NCBI GenBank assembly: GCA_050916065.1
Contig: CP051137.1
Span: 1,846,561 to 1,910,560, forward strand
Length of the DNA: 64,000 nt
Reading direction: 5' to 3'
Origin: Lacibacter sp.
Lineage (GTDB): Bacteria > Bacteroidota > Bacteroidia > Chitinophagales > Chitinophagaceae
Shown: one piece after another, positions 27,595 to 36,748 of the stretch
Numbering within the stretch: position 1 is the stretch's first letter
Layout: each line of letters starts with the position of its first letter
Program-made: the position numbers and the translations under genes
Notes under the pieces: model-generated
What the model was told of the DNA's origin: nothing
Database searches by the model: none
What the model saw: the letters and a program-made list of their open reading frames with translations, nothing else

Positions 27595-30420
27595 GTGAGA
27601 TACATAACCCTGCTGCTTACGTTTTTTATTTCAACTTATGCTTTTGCCCAGTCATTCTACTGGCAACAGCAGGTAAATTTTAAAGTAGATGTAGCGCTTA
27701 ATGATGCAGAACATACACTGGATGGTTTTGCAAAAATTGAATACATCAACAACTCTACTGATACACTCCGGTTTATATGGTTTCACCTTTGGCCCAATGC
27801 TTACCGGACAGATCGTACTGCTTTCAGTGATCAGTTATTAAAAAATGGTCGTACAGATTTTTATTTTTCCAACAAAGAAGAAAGAGGTTATATCAACCGT
27901 CTTGATTTCAGGGTCAATGAAGCAAGGGTAAATACAGAAGATCACCCGCAGCATATAGACATAATAAAAGTTGTATTGCATGAACCATTGGCTCCCGGCG
28001 CATCTGTTTTAATTACCACACCCTTTCATGTACAACTGCCGAAGAATTTTTCAAGAGGTGGTCATGTTGATCAATCTTATCAAATAACACAATGGTACCC
28101 TAAACCGGCTGTGTATGATAAGAATGGCTGGCATGAAATGCCTTACTTAGACCAAGGAGAATTTTATAACAACTTTGGTAACTATGAAGTAAAAATTACC
28201 ATCCCTAAAAACTACGTAGTTCTCGGTAGTGGTGAATTACAGAATGAAGAAGAAAAACAATGGCTCATCAGCAGAAAAAATTATACGGTACCTGTTGTGA
28301 AAGCTACGGCACCCAAGCCCGGCACCATTCCTTCAAAAACAAAGCCCAATCCTGTTCCATCAGCTAAAGAATTAAAAACACTGGTTTTCAAACAAAATAA
28401 TATTTCAGACTTTGCCTGGTTTGCTGATAAAAAATGGAGAGTATTACATGATACAATTCAAAGCAACAACGGTAAAACAATTGATGTATTCACAGCCTTT
28501 GACCCCTCCTCGCAAAAAATCTGGGCTCAAAGTACTGCCATGGCAAAAGATGCTGTTCGGTTTCGCAGCAATCTGATTGGTGAATATCCTTACACATCGG
28601 TTGCAGTGGTAGAAGCTAAAATGGGATTTGAAGGCGGTATGGAGTATCCCTGTATTACCAGTATTTCACCAACCAACAGTGAAGAAGCATTAGAAAGTGT
28701 GATTGAACATGAAGTAGGACATAATTGGTTCCAGGCGATGATTGGCAGCAATGAGCGGAGATATGCCTGGATGGATGAAGGGATTAATTCTTACTACGAT
28801 AAACGCTTTGACAAAGAAGTGAGCCGTTTTAAAGAATATTGGCTGCATGAAGAAAAAGATATTGCCGGTGAAAAAACATTCCTGAGCAGTTTGTACCAGT
28901 GGAAAAAAGATCAACCTTTAAATACAAGTAGTGACAGTTTAACGGAACTGAACTATGGCTTAATTGCTTATACAAAAGGTGCAGCGTTTATGCAACTGCT
29001 GGAGCAAAAGCTGGGCAAAGCTGCATTGGACAAAGCCATGCAGTTGTATTTTGAACAATGGAAGTTCAAACATCCCTCCCCTGCTGATCTGAAACAAACA
29101 CTGGAACAATCCAGCGTTATGAACCTGGACCATGAATTCAGCTTGCTGAACAAAACAGGTCCGTTAGTGCAACCCTCGAAGTTAAAAATACAGTTTAAGC
29201 CTTTGATTGGTTTTGGTAATGATAGTACAAGAACTGTTTCCATCAGTCCTTTTCCTGCTTTTAATATGTATGACGGTTTTATGTTAGGAGCAGCAGTTAC
29301 CAATTACACATTACCCTCCTCTCGTTTCCAGTTTCTGCTGGCTCCGGCCTATGGTTTCAAAAGCAAAGAGCTGAATGGCTTAGGAAGAATAGCTTATACA
29401 TTTCACCCCCACAAAACATTTGACCGTGTAACGATTGCCCTCAGTGCTATGAAATTTAACGCTGATAATTTCACTGATACAGCTAACAATATTTATAACC
29501 TTGCTTTCAGAAAAGCAGCACCCTCAATAAAATTTGTACTAAAAGAAAATGACCCTTTAAGTACAAGAGAACGATTTATTCAATGGAAAACTTTTTTCTT
29601 TAATGAGGATGGTCTTCGCTTTGGCAGAGACACTTTACCGAATGGCGACCGCATTACCAGGATTTCTGAAGAAAGAAGCAGTCGTTTTCTCAATCAACTT
29701 CGTTTCGTCATAAGAGATGGCAGAGCACTTTATCCATACAGTGCTGAGTTGCTGGCAGAACAAGCTAAAAATTTTGTTCGGCTGGCCTTTACAGGAAACT
29801 ATCACTTTAACTACAATGATAAACATGGAGTTGATGTACGTTTCTTTGCAGGTAAATTCCTTTATACAGGAAATATTACAAGTACAGAACGCTTTCAAAC
29901 AGATCCGTTTCATCTGAATCTTACCGGAGCCAATGGTTATGAAGATTATACGTACAATAACTATTTTATTGGTAGAAATGAATTTGAAGGATTTACCAGT
30001 CAGCAAATTATGCAGCGTGATGGATTTTTTAAAGTACGTACTGATTTACTGGCTTCCAAAATTGGCAAAACAGATGACTGGTTAACAGCCATCAACTTTA
30101 CATCAGATATACCTGATCAGATAAATATACTCAATGTATTACCGGTAAAAATTCCGCTAAAAGTATTTGTTGATGTAGGCACCTATGCAGAAGCATGGAA
30201 ACGGAATGCAGAAACCAGCCGGATTGTATATGATGCAGGCTTTCAACTTTCCCTGTTTAAAAATGTGTTGAACGTTTATGTACCTGTTTTGTACAGTCGT
30301 GTATTCAGAGATTATTTTCAGGCATATATACCCGAAAAGCGTTTTACAAGGAATATCAGTTTCAGTATCAATATTCAGAACATCAGTTTAAAAAGCTTTG
30401 ACAGGCGCTTGCCTTTCTGA
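27595..30420 (+). CDS. Secreted M1-family metallopeptidase with long C-terminal extension
   Basis: Signal peptide; QWYPK, GGMEYP, HEVGHNWF, WMDEG, YTKG. Confidence 0.88.
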   Translation: MRYITLLLTFFISTYAFAQSFYWQQQVNFKVDVALNDAEHTLDGFAKIEYINNSTDTLRFIWFHLWPNAYRTDRTAFSDQLLKNGRTDFYFSNKEERGYINRLDFRVNEARVNTEDHPQHIDIIKVVLHEPLAPGASVLITTPFHVQLPKNFSRGGHVDQSYQITQWYPKPAVYDKNGWHEMPYLDQGEFYNNFGNYEVKITIPKNYVVLGSGELQNEEEKQWLISRKNYTVPVVKATAPKPGTIPSKTKPNPVPSAKELKTLVFKQNNISDFAWFADKKWRVLHDTIQSNNGKTIDVFTAFDPSSQKIWAQSTAMAKDAVRFRSNLIGEYPYTSVAVVEAKMGFEGGMEYPCITSISPTNSEEALESVIEHEVGHNWFQAMIGSNERRYAWMDEGINSYYDKRFDKEVSRFKEYWLHEEKDIAGEKTFLSSLYQWKKDQPLNTSSDSLTELNYGLIAYTKGAAFMQLLEQKLGKAALDKAMQLYFEQWKFKHPSPADLKQTLEQSSVMNLDHEFSLLNKTGPLVQPSKLKIQFKPLIGFGNDSTRTVSISPFPAFNMYDGFMLGAAVTNYTLPSSRFQFLLAPAYGFKSKELNGLGRIAYTFHPHKTFDRVTIALSAMKFNADNFTDTANNIYNLAFRKAAPSIKFVLKENDPLSTRERFIQWKTFFFNEDGLRFGRDTLPNGDRITRISEERSSRFLNQLRFVIRDGRALYPYSAELLAEQAKNFVRLAFTGNYHFNYNDKHGVDVRFFAGKFLYTGNITSTERFQTDPFHLNLTGANGYEDYTYNNYFIGRNEFEGFTSQQIMQRDGFFKVRTDLLASKIGKTDDWLTAINFTSDIPDQINILNVLPVKIPLKVFVDVGTYAEAWKRNAETSRIVYDAGFQLSLFKNVLNVYVPVLYSRVFRDYFQAYIPEKRFTRNISFSINIQNISLKSFDRRLPF

Positions 30421-31334
30421 TGGCTGTCATTCAATACATACAAAACAAAGAAATCAATAAAGCAAAATGGGATCACTGCATTACAGAATCATCCAACGGA
30501 TTGATTTATGCTTACAGTTGGTACCTGGATACCATGAGCAAAAACTGGGATGCACTGGTATTAAATGACTACGAAGCTGTACTGCCATTAACATGGAATA
30601 AAAAATACGGGGTTTACTATTTATACCAACCCTGGTTCTGTGCTTCACTAGGAATTTTTTCAGGTAAAACAATAACGGAAGAACTGTTGCATGAATTCTT
30701 GAATGCGATACCGGAAAAATTCAGTTACATTGATATTTACCTGAACCGGAAAAACATATTCAGCATAGCGGATTTCCCCATGAAGATCCGAAATAACTAT
30801 GTTCTGGATTTACGCCAGCCTTATGAACAAATTACTGCTAAGTACCGAACCAATCTGAAACGGAATATTAAGAAAGCAGGAACTTCGGCTTTGGAAATTC
30901 GAAATGATGTTCCGGTAAAAGAGGTGCTTGCTTTAGCAAAACAAACACTGCAACGGATTTCGCCTATCCATGATGAAGAAGTTGAACTGTTTGAACAATT
31001 GTATCAAAAAGTACAGCAACATCAAAAAACTGAAAGCATCGGGATTTATCTGAAAGAGGAGTTACTGGCTTCTGCCATTTTTTTCTTTTCACACAATCGT
31101 TGGTACTATATTCTTGCCGGTAATCATCCCAATGGAAAAACAATCGGAGCCTCCCATTATTTGATTGATCGTTTTATACATACACATGCCGGTGAAAATT
31201 GTTTATTGGATTTTGAAGGAAGTGATGTACGGAACCTCGCCTATTTTTACAGCAGCTACGGGGCTATAGAAGAAACCTACCCCGCATTAAGAATGAACCG
31301 CTTGCCTAAATTACTGAGGTGGTTAAAAGATTAA
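30420..31334 (+). CDS. GNAT/FemAB-like fold hypothetical protein
   Basis: IYAYSWYLD, RNIKKA, LDFEGS, FYSSYGA; 1-nt overlap with the peptidase stop. Confidence 0.7.
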   Translation: MAVIQYIQNKEINKAKWDHCITESSNGLIYAYSWYLDTMSKNWDALVLNDYEAVLPLTWNKKYGVYYLYQPWFCASLGIFSGKTITEELLHEFLNAIPEKFSYIDIYLNRKNIFSIADFPMKIRNNYVLDLRQPYEQITAKYRTNLKRNIKKAGTSALEIRNDVPVKEVLALAKQTLQRISPIHDEEVELFEQLYQKVQQHQKTESIGIYLKEELLASAIFFFSHNRWYYILAGNHPNGKTIGASHYLIDRFIHTHAGENCLLDFEGSDVRNLAYFYSSYGAIEETYPALRMNRLPKLLRWLKD

Positions 31335-31810
31335 CGTAGTGCTGCTACAAACCCATTGATGTCATCAGGAGATACTAAAATTTTTTCTCTACCTGTATCT
31401 ATAAATACAAGATGATCCATTCGACGAACATACCATGTCATAGCTCCGAATTTAGTATTAGAAAACTTGCCATAGTACCCAAATAATCCACCCACACCAA
31501 AGGTGCGTAAGGAACCGTCAACAACATTTTTATGAATAATATCTACACTCTTTATGGAACTTCTTAATATAACTACAGCCCCAGCCATTCTATTAATGAT
31601 TAATTGTTCACTTGTTACAGTGTATGAAACAGGTCTGAAAACGTATGCAAAAACAAATGCTGAAAGAATGATTACAGCTACAACAGGAAGAACAATCACT
31701 TTTTCAGCTACAAACATTCCTGTTAATCCAATTATTGATAATAAAAAAAGTAACCCTATTACAAGAGTTACAATTTTTACAGATTTATCAGGAGTTGCTT
31801 TAAAAATCAT
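31331..31810 (-). CDS. Membrane protein with bacterial PH domain
   Basis: Two N-terminal TMs; RTFGVGGLFGYYG, ILVSPDD. Confidence 0.8.
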   Translation of the reverse strand: MIFKATPDKSVKIVTLVIGLLFLLSIIGLTGMFVAEKVIVLPVVAVIILSAFVFAYVFRPVSYTVTSEQLIINRMAGAVVILRSSIKSVDIIHKNVVDGSLRTFGVGGLFGYYGKFSNTKFGAMTWYVRRMDHLVFIDTGREKILVSPDDINGFVAALR

Positions 31811-32472
31811 TGTTCCAGAATACGTTCCGCAATTACCAAATCAATAGGATTCGTAATCTTAATATTGGTTTCCTCTCCGGGCACCAGGGTTACTTTCAAA
31901 CCAAAAGCCTCCACCACATTGGCTTCATCGGTAAACCGTTCTTTATAATCAATTTCAAAAGCAGGCAGGAGAATTTTGCTGTGAAATGTTTGTGGCGTTT
32001 GTACCAGTTTTAATTTACTGCGGTCAATGGCTTCATTACCGGCTTCAGAAATCTGCCGGACACTATCCTTGCAATCAGTTACCGGTATAGCACTTCCTGT
32101 TTCCATAGCCGTTTCAAAGCAACGTTGGATCAGCTTTGTGCTTAACAGGCAACGCACACCATCATGCACAAATATGATGCTCTCTTCTTCAATAAGCTTT
32201 AATCCGTTCTGTACGGAATGGAATCTTGTTTCTCCGCCTCTTGTAATTAAGATACCGGAAGCATCAAAATAACCGTCTACTATTTCCTTTCCTAATTCCA
32301 GATGCTCTTCAGGCAAAACAAGGATAATCCTGATATCACTGAATGCTTTCTGAAAGGCATGGATGGTATAATACAATACCGGTTTGCCTTTCAACAATAA
32401 AAACTGTTTGGGAATTTCAGTACCCATTCTTTTTCCGGAACCTCCGGCAACAATTACAGCATATTTCTGCAT
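31807..32472 (-). CDS. ispD: 2-C-methyl-D-erythritol 4-phosphate cytidylyltransferase (IspD/TarI family)
   Basis: AGGSGKRMG..PKQF, GGETRFHSV, VHDGVR, QTPQTF, TDEA, NIKIT. Confidence 0.9.
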   Translation of the reverse strand: MQKYAVIVAGGSGKRMGTEIPKQFLLLKGKPVLYYTIHAFQKAFSDIRIILVLPEEHLELGKEIVDGYFDASGILITRGGETRFHSVQNGLKLIEEESIIFVHDGVRCLLSTKLIQRCFETAMETGSAIPVTDCKDSVRQISEAGNEAIDRSKLKLVQTPQTFHSKILLPAFEIDYKERFTDEANVVEAFGLKVTLVPGEETNIKITNPIDLVIAERILEQ

Positions 32473-32497
32473 GTGTCAAAGATAAGGCAGAGTTATA

Positions 32498-33430
32498 TTA
32501 GTGATAAATAGCTGTTACCTTTTCTCCGTTACTTTTCTGCCAGCCACGATACATTCCTTCACTGTTAAAAACCAAAGCCAAATTTCCCTTTGCATCGGCA
32601 CCAATCATTCCTCCTTCTCCGTTTATCTTTACCAGCTTATCCAGTGTAACAGTTTCCATTGCCTGCTGCAAAGTATAACCCTTATACTCCATCAAACAAC
32701 TTACATCATAAGCAGCTACTGCTTTTATAAAGAGCTCTCCGTGCCCGGTACAGGAAATGGCACAGGTAAGATTATTCGCATAAGTACCGGCGCCTATGAT
32801 GGGTGTATCGCCTATACGATTATAATTTTTATTAGTCATGCCGCCTGTACTGGTAGCAGCAGCAACAGTTCCATTTGCATCACAAGCCACAGCGCCAACT
32901 GTTCCAAACTTTTTTTCTGTTTTAATATTATGATCCAACGCTGTTACTTTTTCATGTTTCACCAACTGCCATTGTTCATAACGGAATTGCGAAAAGAAAT
33001 AAGCTTCTTCTTCCAGTTTCAGTTGCTGCTCTTTAGCAAACTGAAGAGCCCCCTCTCCACTCAACATTACATGCTCACTCTTTTCCATAACCGTCCTTGC
33101 CAGCACAACAGGATTCTTCACTTGCTTTACACAGGTGACTGCACCTGCCTGTAAGGAAGCTCCATCCATAATAGATGCATCCATTTCATGCGTTCCTGTT
33201 TTTGTAAACACAGCACCACGGCCGGCATTAAAAAGAATACAATCTTCCAACGATATCACCGCCGCTGTTACAGCATCCAGAGCAGAAGCCCCTTTTTCAA
33301 GTAAAGAATACCCTGCTGCTAACGCATCACTAAGAGCAAGGTGATAAGCTGCTTCCTGTTCAGGTGAAAGATCATTTTTTGAAATGGTACCTGCACCACC
33401 ATGAATGGCTATAGAGAATGGTTGACTCAT
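32498..33430 (-). CDS. iaaA: Isoaspartyl peptidase/L-asparaginase
   Basis: IAIHGGAG, FNAGRG, GTVGAVA, ATSTGG, RIGDTPIIGAG, CTGHGE. Confidence 0.93.
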   Translation of the reverse strand: MSQPFSIAIHGGAGTISKNDLSPEQEAAYHLALSDALAAGYSLLEKGASALDAVTAAVISLEDCILFNAGRGAVFTKTGTHEMDASIMDGASLQAGAVTCVKQVKNPVVLARTVMEKSEHVMLSGEGALQFAKEQQLKLEEEAYFFSQFRYEQWQLVKHEKVTALDHNIKTEKKFGTVGAVACDANGTVAAATSTGGMTNKNYNRIGDTPIIGAGTYANNLTCAISCTGHGELFIKAVAAYDVSCLMEYKGYTLQQAMETVTLDKLVKINGEGGMIGADAKGNLALVFNSEGMYRGWQKSNGEKVTAIYH

Positions 33431-33495
33431 GCTAATAATCAGAAAGAATTAAATAAATTTTATGGCTTGCATAACAACTACTATTGCATGCAGCA

Positions 33496-34482
33496 TTAAT
33501 TAAGTAAGTGTTTACACTCCTGTAACAGACGGTCTTTGTTGATGGCTGCTGTACCTACCTCTTCGCATACAAGACCACCGGCTATATTGGAAATTTCAGC
33601 CATCATCCTTGTATTTCCGGTAGCAGCAAATACCAATGCAGCAGTGGCAATCACTGTGTCCCCCGCTCCACTCACATCAGCAATATTCCGGAGATGTGAG
33701 GGTATGATTTTACTTTCATTGGAATCCCTGTAGAAAACGCCTTTTTCTGAAAGTGTAATAAATGAAATCTGATGCTGTAGCTGATGTTGTAATTGCTCAT
33801 GAATATTCTGGAGCGATTCTATATCAGCTTTTGCTGAAAGTATGTTCAGCGCTTCTCTTACTTCTTTTAAATTCGGTTTGAAAATATCTACGCCGGTGTA
33901 GGCAAAAAAGTTTTTCCTTTTCGGATCAACAGCTGTGATAATATGATGGTGCTTACATAGATCAATTACCTTACGGATTACTGTTTCTGTTAATACTCCC
34001 TTGTTGTAATCTTCAAGAATAATCACATCCGGTTTTTCCTGGGCAATAAAATGCTGTACAGCCAGTATCAACCTGTTTTCATCTTCATAACCAAGGTCAG
34101 CAGTAATCTCATTATCCACACGCATCATCTGTTGATTACGGCTGATGATACGTGTTTTATTCGTGGTAATACGCTTGCTGCTTTCTAATAAAAAATCTGT
34201 TTTGATGCTATTAGCTTCCAACAATCCTTTCAACTGACGGCCATCTTCATCAGCACCCATTACACTCAACATACTTACCTGTGCACCAAGTGAAGCAAGA
34301 TTCAACGCTACATTTCCGGCACCGCCGATACGGGCTTCTTTTTTCTCTAATGTAATAACAGGCACCGGTGCTTCGGGCGAAATACGATCTACCTTTCCCC
34401 ATAAATAGGAGTCAAGCATTACATCGCCTATTACGCCTGCCTTTATGGATTGAAACTGCTGAAATAATTGTTCAAAATTCAC
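33496..34482 (-). CDS. RfaE/HldE kinase-domain protein (PfkB family heptose-7-phosphate kinase-like)
   Basis: GDVMLD, RISPEAPVPV, GGAGNVA, DYNKG, DVSGAGDTV; no adenylyltransferase domain. Confidence 0.88.
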   Translation of the reverse strand: MNFEQLFQQFQSIKAGVIGDVMLDSYLWGKVDRISPEAPVPVITLEKKEARIGGAGNVALNLASLGAQVSMLSVMGADEDGRQLKGLLEANSIKTDFLLESSKRITTNKTRIISRNQQMMRVDNEITADLGYEDENRLILAVQHFIAQEKPDVIILEDYNKGVLTETVIRKVIDLCKHHHIITAVDPKRKNFFAYTGVDIFKPNLKEVREALNILSAKADIESLQNIHEQLQHQLQHQISFITLSEKGVFYRDSNESKIIPSHLRNIADVSGAGDTVIATAALVFAATGNTRMMAEISNIAGGLVCEEVGTAAINKDRLLQECKHLLN

Positions 34483-34492
34483 ACTTAATGTT

Positions 34493-35914
34493 TTATTTCT
34501 TTTGCGAAGCTACGGCAATATAATAAACAGGAATGCCCAACAAAACAATTATGAGACCTGCCCCTGCGTAAGTGGGTTTCATGGTAATGAGAAAATAACA
34601 GAAGGTTATTCCCAGCACCATATAGAGCAAAGGAAGAAGCGGATAACCAAAAGCTTTGTATGGTCGGTCTGCATTGGGCATTTTTTTACGCAGAATAAGA
34701 ATACCGGCAATAGTGAGCACATAGAATATCACCACCACAAAAGATACCATATCCAGCAAATCACCATACTGACCACTTAAACAAAGAGCAGCTGTCCAGA
34801 TACATTGTGCCCATAATGCCCATTGTGGAACTGCATTATTATTGAGCACGCCGGCAGGTTTAAAAAACAACCGGTCCTGCGCCATTGTATAATACACTCT
34901 TGAACCTGCTAACACCAGTCCATTGATACAACCAAACGTGGAAATCATAATCATTACTGCAATCACATAGGTTCCGATATTTCCGAATATTTCATTAGCA
35001 GCAGCAACAGCCACCCGATCCTGCCTGGCAAAAGCAATGCTCTGCTCACCGCCATTAAGCGGAAGTACGCTGATGTACATAATATTTGCTGCTACATAGA
35101 TGAGCGTTACAATTAAAGTACCAAGGAACAAACTCAACCCGATATTACGTTTTGGATTTTTAATTTCTCCGGCGATGAAGGTTACGTTATTCCATGCATC
35201 ACTGCTGAAGATGGAACCCACCATGGATGCTGCAATGGCACCTAATACGGCACTCCCTGCAACACCGGTAATCATTCCACCCTCGCCGAGCTTATTCATT
35301 TGCCAGGCATTTTCCCAATTGGCATTCCATACCTCAGCTTTGGCGCCAATGAGCAATCCAAATACAATGAGCCCGAATAATGAAACAAGTTTGGTAACAG
35401 TAAAAATGGTTTGAATGGTTTTACCGCCCTGTACTCCTCTTGTGTTGATGTAAGTAAGTAAAACGATTATGGCAATAGAAACCAACTGTGCCGGGTAAAG
35501 TTTAAACCAGCCGAGTTGCAGCAAAATATTTTCATCTTTGATATCAAGTGCAGGAATAAAGTACCCGGTAAACTTAGAAAAAGCTACTCCTACTGCAGCA
35601 ATGGTAGCAGTTTGTATAACAGTGAAAAAACTCCAGCCATACAAAAAGCCGAATAAAGGATTATAGGCTTCTTTCAGATACACATACTGGCCACCTGCCT
35701 TGGGAAACATACCGCTCAGTTCACCATAGCTTACAGCAGCAATGAGCGTCATTAAACCTGTGATCAGCCACACAGCAATCAGCCATCCGGCACTTCCTAC
35801 ATTACGGGTAATATCCGCACTTACAATAAAAATACCGGAACCGATCATACTGCCAGCTACAATCATCGTAGCATCCAGTAATCCCAAAGTGGGTTTAAAT
35901 TCAGTTTGTGACAT
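34493..35914 (-). CDS. APC-family amino acid permease
   Basis: GSMIGSGIF, PKAGGQYVYL, AGEIKNPKRN, RPYKAFGYP; about 12 TMs. Confidence 0.93.
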   Translation of the reverse strand: MSQTEFKPTLGLLDATMIVAGSMIGSGIFIVSADITRNVGSAGWLIAVWLITGLMTLIAAVSYGELSGMFPKAGGQYVYLKEAYNPLFGFLYGWSFFTVIQTATIAAVGVAFSKFTGYFIPALDIKDENILLQLGWFKLYPAQLVSIAIIVLLTYINTRGVQGGKTIQTIFTVTKLVSLFGLIVFGLLIGAKAEVWNANWENAWQMNKLGEGGMITGVAGSAVLGAIAASMVGSIFSSDAWNNVTFIAGEIKNPKRNIGLSLFLGTLIVTLIYVAANIMYISVLPLNGGEQSIAFARQDRVAVAAANEIFGNIGTYVIAVMIMISTFGCINGLVLAGSRVYYTMAQDRLFFKPAGVLNNNAVPQWALWAQCIWTAALCLSGQYGDLLDMVSFVVVIFYVLTIAGILILRKKMPNADRPYKAFGYPLLPLLYMVLGITFCYFLITMKPTYAGAGLIIVLLGIPVYYIAVASQKK

Positions 35915-35994
35915 GAGGTTAATTTCGTTTCAGAATTGAAACGGAAGATAAGCATTAACCTTAAAAAAGGAAGCTGATTTTAAAACCGATACGC

Positions 35995-36609
35995 TTACTG
36001 CTTCTTGGTCTTTTTGTACTCCTCATTCAAGCCCTTGATTACATCAGCAGTAATATTAAAGGCACTGTCCTTGTAATACAAAGTAGGGTTTCCTTCCTGT
36101 GTAGAGAAAATAAAATCGTAACGCTTCGTTTGGTTATACCCTTGAAGAAATAGGTTAATTCTTTTTTGAATATCATCAATCGCTTTAGCCTGGCGGTCTA
36201 AATGTTGATTCTGGAGCGTTTGCTGACGTTGACCTATTTGCTGATATCTTGACTGGTACTCCTGTTGAAAAGCTTCTGCTTCCTGCTGTGTAATGGATTG
36301 GCCACGTTTTAAGAAAGCAACCCGGTCATTTTCCAGCTTGGAAAGATCACTCTGAATCTGGTTATCAATACGCTGTTTATCGGATTCAATTTCGTTATTC
36401 TTCAATTTGAAAAACTCATAGTACTTCTGTATGGTATCCAGATCAATATAAGCAACCTTAATATGACGTGCTGAATCGTTAGGATCTTTTACTTCTTTTT
36501 TATCAGACGTTGAAGATGATGATTTTTTACCGGCAGTAAAATGCAATACAAATAAAACCGCAACAGCAGCTGTTACCACATACAGTAATATACTCTGAAA
36601 TCCTTTCAT
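35995..36609 (-). CDS. OmpH/Skp family periplasmic chaperone
   Basis: KVAYIDLDTI, coiled coil, YDFIF, NITADVIKGLN; start placed at MKGFQS. Confidence 0.88.
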   Translation of the reverse strand: MKGFQSILLYVVTAAVAVLFVLHFTAGKKSSSSTSDKKEVKDPNDSARHIKVAYIDLDTIQKYYEFFKLKNNEIESDKQRIDNQIQSDLSKLENDRVAFLKRGQSITQQEAEAFQQEYQSRYQQIGQRQQTLQNQHLDRQAKAIDDIQKRINLFLQGYNQTKRYDFIFSTQEGNPTLYYKDSAFNITADVIKGLNEEYKKTKKQ

Positions 36610-36695
36610 AGCGGGCAAAGTAACACATTCAGTGCCTTTCAAAAAAATTGAAATGAATTTTAAGAATGCATTAACAGATGTACCATTCTTCCAAT

Positions 36696-36729
36696 AAAAA
36701 ACGCCTCAACAAATGAATGTTGAGGCGTT
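36696..36729 (-). terminator. rpoC terminator
   Basis: AACGCCTCAACA...TGTTGAGGCGTT with A-tract on the plus strand. Confidence 0.85.
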
Positions 36730-36748
36730 GAAAATATTCGACTAAAGG

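Noticed and set aside
32501..33154. 217-aa plus-strand ORF and the many short ORFs opposite rpoB, rpoC, tuf and the pnt genes
   Set aside because: Antisense to well-supported genes, with no recognisable motifs.
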